Below are positions 8,552 to 18,459 of a stretch of DNA of 64,000 bases, in pieces. Within the stretch, counting starts at the first letter, position 1. The number at the start of each line of letters is the position of its first letter. The notes beneath the pieces were generated by a model. That model saw nothing but the letters and a program-made list of their open reading frames with translations, did not search any database and was not told where the DNA came from. Position numbers and translations under genes: made by a program. The stretch comes from an uncultured Clostridia bacterium (GTDB lineage Bacteria > Bacillota > Clostridia > Christensenellales > UBA1242), in assembly GCA_905235475.1 (NCBI GenBank), contig CAJOLU010000001.1, positions 38,917-102,916 of the forward strand. Direction: 5' to 3'.

Positions 8552-9478
8552 ATGAAAATCAGAAATATTAAATTAAAATCACCTTATATTTTATCGCCAA
8601 TGGCTGGTTTTACCGATTGTGCTTTTCGTTCCCTTTGTTCTTCTTTTGATTGTGGACTAACAGTTACTGAAATGGTTAGTGCAAGAGGACTATTATATAA
8701 AGGAGAGGGCAGTAAAGCACTTTTGTATCACGAAGATAACGAAAGCCCAAAGTCTGTTCAACTGTTTTCAAATGAGCCAGAGGTTATTGCAGAGGTTGTT
8801 GCAAGTGGCGTTTTGGATGACTATGATATAATCGACATAAATATGGGGTGCCCAATGCCTAAAATAGTGAAAGAGGGCATGGGTTCAGCCTTATTGCTTA
8901 ATCCAAAATTAGCCAGTGAAGTAATAACTTCTTGTGTGGAAAACACCCAAAAGCCAGTAACAGTTAAGTTTAGAATTGGTTACGATAAAAACAATATAAT
9001 TGCCAAAGATTTTGCCAAAATGTGTGAAGACAGTGGGGCAAGTGCTATTTGTGTTCATGGGAGAACCAAAACTCAACTTTATTCTGGAAAAGCTGACTGG
9101 GATGTTATTGGAGATGTGGCAAACTCAGTTTCAATTCCTGTTATTGGGAATGGTGATATTGAAAGCCTTGAACAAGCTGATGAAATGATGAAAATATATG
9201 GCGTTTCTGGGGTTGCAATTGGAAGGGCGGCTTTGGGGAAACCTTGGATTTTTTCAACGGACAAGAATCTTTGTGTTGATATTCCAACAGTGATTAAAAC
9301 TCACTTTGAAATATTGCAAAAATACTACTCACAAAGGCTTGTTTTGTTGCATATGAGAAAACATCTTGCTTGCTATATAAAAGATGTGAAAAAGGCAAAA
9401 CAATATAGACACAAAATTGTAACTTCAGAAAATATGGAAGAAATATATAATCTTATTGATGAAGTTTTTTCTAAGTGA
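8552..9478 (+). CDS. dusB: tRNA-dihydrouridine synthase
   Basis: SPMAGFTD, NMGCP and VHGRT motifs. Start moved downstream of the hup terminator. Confidence 0.8.
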   Translation: MKIRNIKLKSPYILSPMAGFTDCAFRSLCSSFDCGLTVTEMVSARGLLYKGEGSKALLYHEDNESPKSVQLFSNEPEVIAEVVASGVLDDYDIIDINMGCPMPKIVKEGMGSALLLNPKLASEVITSCVENTQKPVTVKFRIGYDKNNIIAKDFAKMCEDSGASAICVHGRTKTQLYSGKADWDVIGDVANSVSIPVIGNGDIESLEQADEMMKIYGVSGVAIGRAALGKPWIFSTDKNLCVDIPTVIKTHFEILQKYYSQRLVLLHMRKHLACYIKDVKKAKQYRHKIVTSENMEEIYNLIDEVFSK

Positions 9479-9540
9479 GCAAAATTGCTTGCTTGTTTTC
9501 CTTTTATTTAGTATGATTATAATATAAAAATAGGTGCGAA

Positions 9541-11181
9541 ATGAATATTGAAATTTTATATCAAGTTATTTTGATGTTTGCTGGAATTGGTGCTATTATA
9601 TATGGTATAAAAGTAATGAATGGTGGAGTGGAGAGTATTCTTGGCTTCAAGTTCAAAAAAGTTCTAGCAAAACAAAGCAAAAAACATTTCCAAAATTATA
9701 TGATTGGTTCGGGAATGGGCTTTGTTGTTCAAACATCAACAGTTCCAAATATGATGGCAGTAGGGTTAGTTAATATTGGAACAATTAATTTAACACAAGC
9801 CATTGCAATATGTTTGGGTGCAGGTTTTGGAGGAGCACTCGCTCTTGTGCTTTTGATGTTTGAAAGCATTAGTGTGATTAAAATTTTGTGTTTATTTGTG
9901 TTTATTGGTGCTATAATGCTTGTTTTTACAAAATCAAATAAGGGCCAATTAATCAGCAAAATATTCTTAGGTTTTGGACTCTTGTGCTTTGGAATTACTG
10001 TGCTTAGTAATAGCGTTGACCAAATTGTTTCTGAAGTTAATTTAACAAACTTCTTTGCTTCAATCAAAAGCCCAATTTTGTTTTTGCTTATATGTTTTGC
10101 TTTAACAGTTTTGATGCAAAGTGGTTATCCAGTGTTCGTGATTTTAATATCTCTTGTATCTCTTGGCTTAATTGATTTTGAAACCGCTTGTTTTGGAATT
10201 TTGGGCGTCAATGTTGGGTCGGCTTGTGTTACATCACTCCTTTTGGCTGCACTTGATGAGGGAAACAACGGGAAAAGGTTAATTGTGTTTAACATACTTC
10301 AAAAACTTTTGTTTAGCATTATTGTTGGACTTTTGATGCTTATTCCAAATTGGGTTAATTATTTCCACAACACGATTTGTGGTGGAGAGGCAAGTGTATC
10401 TGTGGTTGCATTTAACATTTTGTTGTGTTTTATTCCAATTGTTTTGCTTCCATTCTGCTCACAACTATCAAATATGATGAAATATGTGATAAAAGATAAA
10501 ACAACAGTTAAACAAGGTGAATATTCATCTTTTGAATTAGATGAAAAAACAGCGAATAGTCCTGTTGTTGCCTATGAAAAAATTAAACAAAATATTGAAC
10601 GTATTTATGTGTTGATTTGGGATTTATCCAAAAATAGTCATGATTCATTATTTAATGAAGAAAAATATGTATCTCAAAAAAATAAAGTTAAATCAATTGA
10701 AAAAGCGATAAAATTAACAAATAATAGTTTAATTGCTTTGGCGGGGAAATTGAGTGGCAAAGAGTTAACAAAAATTAATATTTTAATTGATGTTGTTGCA
10801 AATTTGCAAAGATTGTTAAAAGAAAATGCTAATATAATTGAATTTTGTGAGAAAAAATCAACAATTCAAAAAGAAATTAATAAATCACAGTTGAAATATG
10901 TGTCAACATATTATGTTCAAGTTTTGGATTTTGGGGCGCATATTAAAACACTTTTTGATGAGAATTTGCCAGACAAACAAAGAAGTGAAGAATTTAAAAT
11001 AATATTTAAAACGAATGATATTATGATTTTGAATAGAAACAAAGCGAAGAAAAAAATTATTAAAAACGATAATTTTGCTGAGCAAGATAACACTTATTAT
11101 TTTGGACTTTTATATTCTCTTGAAAACATTCAACAAGATTATTTTGATATAACTATAAAACTTGCTTTATTGGAGGATTAA
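9541..11181 (+). CDS. Na+/phosphate cotransporter family protein with a PhoU-like C-terminal domain
   Basis: 546 aa; polytopic N-terminal half with a duplicated Na/Pi-type repeat, and a helical soluble C-terminal half. Confidence 0.6.
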   Translation: MNIEILYQVILMFAGIGAIIYGIKVMNGGVESILGFKFKKVLAKQSKKHFQNYMIGSGMGFVVQTSTVPNMMAVGLVNIGTINLTQAIAICLGAGFGGALALVLLMFESISVIKILCLFVFIGAIMLVFTKSNKGQLISKIFLGFGLLCFGITVLSNSVDQIVSEVNLTNFFASIKSPILFLLICFALTVLMQSGYPVFVILISLVSLGLIDFETACFGILGVNVGSACVTSLLLAALDEGNNGKRLIVFNILQKLLFSIIVGLLMLIPNWVNYFHNTICGGEASVSVVAFNILLCFIPIVLLPFCSQLSNMMKYVIKDKTTVKQGEYSSFELDEKTANSPVVAYEKIKQNIERIYVLIWDLSKNSHDSLFNEEKYVSQKNKVKSIEKAIKLTNNSLIALAGKLSGKELTKINILIDVVANLQRLLKENANIIEFCEKKSTIQKEINKSQLKYVSTYYVQVLDFGAHIKTLFDENLPDKQRSEEFKIIFKTNDIMILNRNKAKKKIIKNDNFAEQDNTYYFGLLYSLENIQQDYFDITIKLALLED

Positions 11182-11185
11182 GATT

Positions 11186-12385
11186 ATGTTTAATAAACAA
11201 ACAATAAAAGATTTAGATGTTAAGGGTAAGAGAGTTTTACTTCGTGTGGACTTTAATGTTCCACTTAATGAAAAAGGAAAAATCACAAGTGATAAAAGAA
11301 TTGTTGCAGAATTGCCAACAATCAAACTTTTAATGAAGAAAGGAGCAAAAATTATTATTTGTTCTCATCTTGGAAGACCGGAAGGGAAGGTGGATTCAAA
11401 GTTTTCACTAAAACCAGTTGCTGAAAAACTTTCAAAACTTCTCAAAAAATCTGTTTTATTTACTGGAAAACTGGTTGAGCCAGAAACTAAAAAAATCATC
11501 AAAGCAATGGAAGAGGGCGACATTTTTATGCTTGAGAATTTGCGTTTTGACCCAGGTGAAGAGGCCAATAGTCCAGCGTTTGCAAAGAAGCTTGCAAGTG
11601 TTGCAGATATTTATTGTGATGATGCTTTTGGAGTTATGCATAGAAGTCATGCAAGTGTTGTTGGTGTTCCAGCACTATTGCCTAGTTGTATTGGACTTTT
11701 GGTTGAAAAAGAAGTTGATAGTTTTAACAAATTAACAACAACACCTAAAAAACCAGTTTTAGCAATTTTGGGTGGGTCAAAAATTAAAGATAAAATTAAT
11801 ATGATTAACAATATTTTCAACTTTGCAGACAAGGTTATTATTGGTGGGGCAATGGCCTACACTTTTTTGGCAGCACAAGGATATGATGTTGGGAAATCTC
11901 GTGTTGAACAAGACAAGATTGCAATAGCAAAAATGCTATTGGATATTGCAGAAGAGAAAAATGTTAAAGTTCTTTTGCCAGTTGACCATGTTGTTGCACA
12001 AGAGTTTACTTTTTTGGCAGATAGCATCATTATTCAAACCAAAGGGTTCGCGTCAAGTGATATTGGAATGGATATTGGTCCTAGAACAATCAAACAATTC
12101 AAGACAGAAATTAATAAAGCAAGAACAATTTTTTGGAATGGACCTATGGGAGTTTTTGAATTTCAGAAGTTTTCAAATGGAACAAGAGCAGTGGCGGAAG
12201 CTGTTGCAAAATCTAAAGCCACAACAATTGTTGGTGGAGGAGATAGTGTTGCTGCAATATCTCAATTTGGGCTTGAATCACAAATTACTCATATTTCAAC
12301 AGGTGGTGGAGCGTCACTAAAATATTTGGAAGGGAATGGGCTAGTTGGATTGAATGTTATAACAGATAAAGTTGAGGTTGAATAA
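11186..12385 (+). CDS. pgk: Phosphoglycerate kinase
   Basis: RVDFNVP, SHLGRP and GGGDS motifs. ATG behind a GGAGGA RBS. Confidence 0.9.
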   Translation: MFNKQTIKDLDVKGKRVLLRVDFNVPLNEKGKITSDKRIVAELPTIKLLMKKGAKIIICSHLGRPEGKVDSKFSLKPVAEKLSKLLKKSVLFTGKLVEPETKKIIKAMEEGDIFMLENLRFDPGEEANSPAFAKKLASVADIYCDDAFGVMHRSHASVVGVPALLPSCIGLLVEKEVDSFNKLTTTPKKPVLAILGGSKIKDKINMINNIFNFADKVIIGGAMAYTFLAAQGYDVGKSRVEQDKIAIAKMLLDIAEEKNVKVLLPVDHVVAQEFTFLADSIIIQTKGFASSDIGMDIGPRTIKQFKTEINKARTIFWNGPMGVFEFQKFSNGTRAVAEAVAKSKATTIVGGGDSVAAISQFGLESQITHISTGGGASLKYLEGNGLVGLNVITDKVEVE

Positions 12386-13125
12386 TGAAATACATTTTTG
12401 GGAACTGGAAAGAAAATCACACAATGAATGATGTTCTTTCATATATTAAAGAATTTAAAAAGCAAAAATTGCCACTAGATGTTTGTTATGGCTTGGCTGT
12501 TCCATATTTATATTTGCAAAAAATGAACCAAAAATTATCAAAAAAATGTAAAATTGGTGTTCAAAATGTGAGTTTTTCTGAGAAAGGAGAGTTCACGGGA
12601 GAAATAAGTGCCAAAATGCTTACTGATTTTTCTTGCGATTTTTCTTTAGTTGGGCATAGTGAAAGAAGACAAAAATTTAAAGAAACAAATGAAGAAATAA
12701 ACAAAAAAATTGAAATGTGTTTCAATAATGGAATTATGCCAATTTTGTGCGTTGGAGAAACTAAAGAAGAAAAAGAAGAGGGCAAAACTAAAAAAGTTTT
12801 GAAAACTCAATTAACGAAATGTTTAAAAGATATTAATTTGTCTAAACAATTTATGGTTGCATATGAACCTGTTTGGGCAATTGGAACAGGGTTAACACCA
12901 ACACCAAAAGAAATTGAAGACAATATTGCTTACATCAAGAAAGTGTTGGAAGAAAATATTAAAAAAGTGGGAGTTTGTGTTTTGTATGGTGGAAGTGTGA
13001 ATCCACAAAATGCAAAAGAACTTTTAAATGGCAAGAGTGTGGACGGTGCTCTTGTTGGTGGCGCAAGTTTAAACGCTAAAAAATTTATTGACATCGGGAA
13101 AAATTTGGCAAATGTGAGGAGATAA
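12385..13125 (+). CDS. tpiA: Triose-phosphate isomerase
   Basis: GNWK, GHSERR, AYEPVWAIGTG and GGS motifs. Confidence 0.9.
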   Translation: MKYIFGNWKENHTMNDVLSYIKEFKKQKLPLDVCYGLAVPYLYLQKMNQKLSKKCKIGVQNVSFSEKGEFTGEISAKMLTDFSCDFSLVGHSERRQKFKETNEEINKKIEMCFNNGIMPILCVGETKEEKEEGKTKKVLKTQLTKCLKDINLSKQFMVAYEPVWAIGTGLTPTPKEIEDNIAYIKKVLEENIKKVGVCVLYGGSVNPQNAKELLNGKSVDGALVGGASLNAKKFIDIGKNLANVRR

Positions 13126-13127
13126 AA

Positions 13128-14642
13128 ATGAAATCAAACAAAAAAGTTGTGGCAATAGTTTTAGATGGATTTGGAATTAATGAAAGCAAAGAGGACAATC
13201 CGCTTTTTGTTGCAAAAATGCCATTTTATAAAAATCTGTTAAAAACATATCCACACACAGAGCTTAATGCAAGTGGAAGTTATGTTGGACTTCCAGACGG
13301 GCAAATGGGCGGCAGTGAAGTGGGGCACCTAAACTTGGGTGCTGGCACATGCGTTTTGCAATCTTATATGCTCATCAACAAAGCAATCAAAGATAAAACA
13401 TTTTTTGAAAATAAAGTTTTGGTTGATCAAATGAAAAGAGTCAACAAAAAAGGTTCAACATTGCATCTTGTTGGAATGGTTTCTGATGGTGGCATTCATA
13501 GTTCACTTTATCATCTTATTGCAACTTTGGAACTTGCAAAACAGCAAGGTGTTAAAAATGTTGTTGTTCACTGCATAACTGATGGAAGAGATACATCACC
13601 AGATTCAGGAAGAGAGTTTATTGAAAAACTTGAAGAAGAAATGAATAGAATTGGTGTTGGAAAAATTGTGACTTTGTGTGGAAGATTTTATGCAATGGAT
13701 AGGGAAAACAGGTGGAACAGAACACAAGAAGCATATAATTTATTTGCTTTTGGAAAAGGAACAAAAGTTGAAAGTTATGAAAACGCTTTCAATGAGGAAT
13801 ATGCAAAGAAAACAAGTGATGAGTTCATTCCACCATATGTTTTTGGGGATTATTCTGGAATGGCAAATAATGATGAAATATTCTTCTTCAATTTTAGACC
13901 AGACAGAATGAGACAAATAACAAAAGCATTTTCAGCCAAAAAATTTGATGAATTTGATAGAAAGTTTGGACCAGTTACTTGCACATCAATGTGTGTGTTT
14001 GATGCTCGATTTAAAAATGTTTTGCCAGCATTCCCACCTCTTGTTATGGATTTAACGTTGTCAAAATATTTAAGTAAACTTGGTTTAAAACAATTAAAGA
14101 TTTCAGAAACGACAAAGTATGCTCACGTTACTTATTATTTTAATGGCGGAATTGAAAAGGCACCTAAAGGCGAAGATAGAATATTGATTGAAAGTGAAAA
14201 TGTTGAAAACTTTGCAAATTTTCCACAAATGAAAGCTCCAGAAATTGCAAGTGCAGCAGAAAAAGCTATTGTTAGTGAAAAATATAACTTCATATTAATT
14301 AACCTTTCAAATGCTGATATGGTTGGGCATACTGGAAACTTTAATGCGGCTGTTAAGGCTTTGGAATATATTGATAAAGCGTTGGAAAAGATTATCACTG
14401 CGGGTCTTGATATGGGATACACTTGTGTGCTTACTGCCGACCACGGGAATGTGGAAGATATGAGAGAAAAGGCAGGAGTTGCAACAACTCACACCAAAAA
14501 TCCAGTTCCATTTTTGGTTACAGACAAAGGTGTGAAACTTAAAAAAGGTCAGTTTGGACTTTCGTCTTTTGCTCCAACAATTTGCGAGATTATGAATATC
14601 AAAACACCAGAAGAAATGGACTCGCCATCACTTATTAAATAG
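13128..14642 (+). CDS. gpmI: 2,3-bisphosphoglycerate-independent phosphoglycerate mutase
   Basis: 504 aa; LDGFG, SDGGIHS, ADMVGHTG and ADHGN motifs. Confidence 0.9.
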   Translation: MKSNKKVVAIVLDGFGINESKEDNPLFVAKMPFYKNLLKTYPHTELNASGSYVGLPDGQMGGSEVGHLNLGAGTCVLQSYMLINKAIKDKTFFENKVLVDQMKRVNKKGSTLHLVGMVSDGGIHSSLYHLIATLELAKQQGVKNVVVHCITDGRDTSPDSGREFIEKLEEEMNRIGVGKIVTLCGRFYAMDRENRWNRTQEAYNLFAFGKGTKVESYENAFNEEYAKKTSDEFIPPYVFGDYSGMANNDEIFFFNFRPDRMRQITKAFSAKKFDEFDRKFGPVTCTSMCVFDARFKNVLPAFPPLVMDLTLSKYLSKLGLKQLKISETTKYAHVTYYFNGGIEKAPKGEDRILIESENVENFANFPQMKAPEIASAAEKAIVSEKYNFILINLSNADMVGHTGNFNAAVKALEYIDKALEKIITAGLDMGYTCVLTADHGNVEDMREKAGVATTHTKNPVPFLVTDKGVKLKKGQFGLSSFAPTICEIMNIKTPEEMDSPSLIK

Positions 14643-14657
14643 AAGGAATGATTTGTT

Positions 14658-14897
14658 ATGTTAAATGTTATGTTATTAGATTTTTTCAATGATATGGTTA
14701 ACACACTTTTTAGGAATATTTCTCCAGCACTTCGTTTTTGTTTGATTTTGGGATTTTTGGCTATTGGAACTTTGTTTTTGGCAAAATCGCTAAACAAGAA
14801 AAAAGATGCAGCAGATAAAGAGCCAATAAAATATGGAAAACTTGTTTTGGCTATTATATGCTATATTTTTGCTGTGTTATATGCAACTATTATATAA
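14658..14897 (+). CDS. Small hypothetical membrane protein (2 TM)
   Basis: 79-aa ORF with two hydrophobic segments. No homology recognised. Confidence 0.35.
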   Translation: MLNVMLLDFFNDMVNTLFRNISPALRFCLILGFLAIGTLFLAKSLNKKKDAADKEPIKYGKLVLAIICYIFAVLYATII

Positions 14898-14986
14898 CAC
14901 CTTGATATAATTTGAAGATTTTGCTTGAAATTGTTTAAATATTGTGTTATAATTCACATTATAAAACATTTGTTGATGGAGGAATT

Positions 14987-15301
14987 ATGATTAATTCACT
15001 AAATTTAATGCTAGGAGCAGACCCAACTCTATATCACACACTTGCAGTTATTAAGCTTGTTATAGTTGCTCTTATGGGAGTTTGTGCTCTTGCTATTATT
15101 GTTTTGGTTTTGTGCCAAAAAGGAAATAGTGGTGGTGGCTCAAATGCTATAACTGGAATGCAAGAAACTTACTATTCTCAAAACAAAGGCAAAACTGTGG
15201 AAGGAAGGCTTAAAGCTTGGACCGCAGGAATTGCTATTGCAATGGCTGTTATGACAATTGTTTACTTCATTTTAGCATCAATTGTTTCAGGTAATGTGTA
15301 A
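14987..15301 (+). CDS. secG: Preprotein translocase subunit SecG
   Basis: Two TM segments around a GGGS loop, conserved secG-rnr-smpB-ssrA context, and an ATG behind a GGAGGA RBS. Confidence 0.6.
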   Translation: MINSLNLMLGADPTLYHTLAVIKLVIVALMGVCALAIIVLVLCQKGNSGGGSNAITGMQETYYSQNKGKTVEGRLKAWTAGIAIAMAVMTIVYFILASIVSGNV

Positions 15302-15368
15302 TAAAAGCAAGGGGACAAAATTGTCCTCTTTTGCGTTTTAAATAAAGAGAAGCTGTTTAGGAGAAAAA

Positions 15369-17474
15369 ATGAACGAAATTTTAGATTACATCAAGAATAA
15401 CAACTTGGATTATATGGTTCAAGGTGAACTATCAAAAGCTGTTAGTGAAGGTTTGGGAATAGATAATGCTCAGGCTTTTTCTGCAATCACACAACTCTTA
15501 AAAGATGGAGACCTTGTTTTGTCGGGCGGGCAAAAAATTGTTAGCATAGATAAACTCAACTTGCATAAAGGTAAACTTACTGGTCATGCAAGAGGTTTTG
15601 CGTTTTGTAAGATACTTGATGAAGAAATTGATGATGTTTTCATTCCACACACAAAACTTAAAAATGCATTAAACAAAGACGTTGTGCTAGTTAAAATAAA
15701 TGCTTTGCCAGATGGAAGATCGGAAGGCGAAGTTTTTAAAGTTGTTAAAAGAAATGATGAAAACATTGTTGGAACACTTCTTATAAACAATAAAAACAAC
15801 AAGTTTGCTTTTGTTAGACCAGATGATAGCAAAAACTTTTCAGATATTTTTGTGAAACTAGACAAAAATATTAAAGCAAAACACTTGGATAAAGTTGTTG
15901 TTAGAATCACAAACTCTGAAGGCGGTGGCAAAAGTCCTGAAGGTAAAATTATGGAAGTTTTGGGAGATGCCAACCAAAAGGGTGTTGACATTTTGTCTAT
16001 TATTCGTGAATATAACCTCTATGAAGAATTTGGCTATGATGTGATGGAAGAAGCAAGAAGCATATCTCAGGAAGTTAGTGAAAAAGACAAACAAGGAAGA
16101 GTTGATTTCACAAATGAGCAAATTGTTACCATTGATGGTGTGGATTCAAAAGATTTTGATGACGCTATTGGAATTGAGAAAACAAAAGATGGATATAGGC
16201 TTGGTGTTCACATTGCTGATGTGAGTTATTATGTTAAACCAAACTCCGCTTTGGATAGGGAGGCCTACAGAAGAGCAACAAGTGTTTATTTTGTTGACAG
16301 AGTGTTGCCAATGATTCCAAAAGAGCTTTCAAACGGAATATGTTCACTAAACCCAGGTGTTGAAAGGCTTACAATGTCTGTTATAGTGGACCTTGATGAC
16401 CACGCCAACATAAAATCTTATAAAATTTGTGAAGGTGTGATAAAATCTTCTGCCAGAATGACTTATGACGATGTTTATGCTATTTTGTGTGGAGATAGTG
16501 AGGTTAGTGCTAGATATGAGTCTTTGGTTCCAAAGTTTAAATTAATGGAAGAACTTCATGCACTTTTAATGAAGAAAAGAGAGAGAAGAGGTGCGTTAGA
16601 ACTTGATGTTCCAGAGGCTAAAATTATCTTAAACGAAGCAGGGGCTGTTGTGGACATTCAAAAATATGAGAGAAACACTGCTCATATGTTAATTGAGAGT
16701 TTTATGCTTTTAGCAAACGAAATCGTTGCAAAAGAAACAGTTGCAAAACATGTTCCATCAATGTATCGTGTTCACGAACAACCAGATGGACTTAAAATGA
16801 GTGCATTTTTTAAGTTTTGTTCTGGTTTGGGACTTCACATCAACGGGCAGCCAGAAACAGTCACTCCAAAAGATTTGCAAAAACTTTTGTATGAAATTAA
16901 AGATAGGCCATATGAAGAAGTTGTTAATAAAGTTATGCTTCGTTCACTTCAAAAAGCAAGATATTCTAGTAAAAACTTAGGGCACTTTGGGCTTGCGGCG
17001 GAATTTTATTGTCACTTCACTTCACCTATTAGGCGTTACCCAGATTTGGTTGTGCACAGAGTTTTGAAGGAACTTGTTTTGAAGAAACCAGACGAAAACA
17101 CTTTGGAGAAGTTTAGCGACTTTATTGGTGATGCCGCTCTTATTTCTAGTGAAAGAGAAAAACTTGCTGAAAATGCAGAAAGGGCGGTTGATGACCTTAA
17201 GAAAGCGGAATATATGCAAGACAAAATTGGGCAACAATTTGATGCTATTGTTAGTGGTGTTAACACTTTTGGAGTATTTGTGGAACTAGACAACACAGTT
17301 GAGGGCTTGTGCGGTGAAGAAGATTTGCCAAGAGATACATATGCTTATATTGAAGACCAATATCTTCTAAAAGGGCATGATAACAGTTTTCAGTTGGGAC
17401 AAAAAGTTCGTGTTGAGTGCACTGCAACAAACTTGCAAAAAAGGCAAGTTAGCTTTAAAATTGTAAAAAAATAA
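15369..17474 (+). CDS. rnr: Ribonuclease R
   Basis: 701 aa; RNB catalytic region (DGVDSKDFDDAIG), PIRRYPDL, and a C-terminal S1 domain (GVFVELD). Confidence 0.9.
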   Translation: MNEILDYIKNNNLDYMVQGELSKAVSEGLGIDNAQAFSAITQLLKDGDLVLSGGQKIVSIDKLNLHKGKLTGHARGFAFCKILDEEIDDVFIPHTKLKNALNKDVVLVKINALPDGRSEGEVFKVVKRNDENIVGTLLINNKNNKFAFVRPDDSKNFSDIFVKLDKNIKAKHLDKVVVRITNSEGGGKSPEGKIMEVLGDANQKGVDILSIIREYNLYEEFGYDVMEEARSISQEVSEKDKQGRVDFTNEQIVTIDGVDSKDFDDAIGIEKTKDGYRLGVHIADVSYYVKPNSALDREAYRRATSVYFVDRVLPMIPKELSNGICSLNPGVERLTMSVIVDLDDHANIKSYKICEGVIKSSARMTYDDVYAILCGDSEVSARYESLVPKFKLMEELHALLMKKRERRGALELDVPEAKIILNEAGAVVDIQKYERNTAHMLIESFMLLANEIVAKETVAKHVPSMYRVHEQPDGLKMSAFFKFCSGLGLHINGQPETVTPKDLQKLLYEIKDRPYEEVVNKVMLRSLQKARYSSKNLGHFGLAAEFYCHFTSPIRRYPDLVVHRVLKELVLKKPDENTLEKFSDFIGDAALISSEREKLAENAERAVDDLKKAEYMQDKIGQQFDAIVSGVNTFGVFVELDNTVEGLCGEEDLPRDTYAYIEDQYLLKGHDNSFQLGQKVRVECTATNLQKRQVSFKIVKK

Positions 17475-17577
17475 CACAAAAAAACAAAAATAAAGTTAAA
17501 AAAGTGTTAAAATATAACTTTTTTGATAAAAGGTATTGAAAAATTATTAAATAAGTGATATAATAAGAGAGGTAGAA

Positions 17578-18024
17578 ATGGAGAGCATAGCTACTAATAA
17601 AAAGGCTTACTATAATTACTTTATTTTGAAGAAATATAGTGCTGGAATTTGCTTGATTGGGAGTGAAGTTAAATCAGTTCGAGCAAAAAATGTAAGTATT
17701 AACGAAAGTTTTGTAACATTTCGTGATGGTGAGGCGTTTTTGCATAATATGTTCATAAAAACATATGACAAAAGCAAACATTTCACTTTGGATGAAAGAA
17801 GAACAAGAAAACTTCTTCTTCACAAAAAAGAAATAAACGAATTATCACAAAAAGTTGCAGAAAAAGGGCTTACAGTTATTCCACTTGCTGTATTTTTTGA
17901 AAATAATTATGCAAAGCTAGAGATTGCGCTTGCAAAAGGAAAACTTTTGCATGATAAAAGAGACACAATAAAAAAACGAGATGTGCAAAAAAGTGTTATG
18001 CGTGAGCTAAAGAATAGCAAATAA
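17578..18024 (+). CDS. smpB: SsrA-binding protein
   Basis: 148 aa; typical SmpB sequence (NKKAYYNY, GSEVKS.R, RTRKLLLHK.EI). Confidence 0.9.
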   Translation: MESIATNKKAYYNYFILKKYSAGICLIGSEVKSVRAKNVSINESFVTFRDGEAFLHNMFIKTYDKSKHFTLDERRTRKLLLHKKEINELSQKVAEKGLTVIPLAVFFENNYAKLEIALAKGKLLHDKRDTIKKRDVQKSVMRELKNSK

Positions 18025-18032
18025 ACCAGCGC

Positions 18033-18432
18033 GGGGGCGTGTTGGTTTCGACAGGTGATGGACTTTACATTATGCATGTCGCAGGCTCGTCTGCGTTGTT
18101 AACGGAAAAATAAAATAAATGCAGAAAATAATGCAAACTCTTACAATTATGCAAATAGCACAAGTGCTTGTGTTGCATATGCGTAATCAATCTTGGTTAG
18201 ATTTAAAATAAACTGGTTTAAACAATGTGTGATTGGTTGCAAGTGTTTAGGCCTCAAAAAAATCAATCTGCCACATAGTAGTGCCCAATGCTGTGTGTAA
18301 GAACCCTTGGGCTGGTTTCAAAAAGTTTGTTATTTTAGATTTTTGCAAATAACTATTGAAAAATAACTAAACATGTAGTATAATGTAGATGAAGTCGTTT
18401 GGACATGGGTTCAAATCCCATCGCTTCCACCA
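18033..18432 (+). ncRNA. ssrA: tmRNA (SsrA)
   Basis: 5' GGGGGCGTGTTGGTTTCGACAGG and 3' GGACATGGGTTCAAATCCCATCGCTTCCACCA form a tRNA-like acceptor and T arm. Tag ORF from the GCA at 18121 to the TAA at 18184-18186. Sits directly after smpB. Confidence 0.9.
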
Positions 18433-18459
18433 CGAAAAATAATTTAAGGAGTATATAAA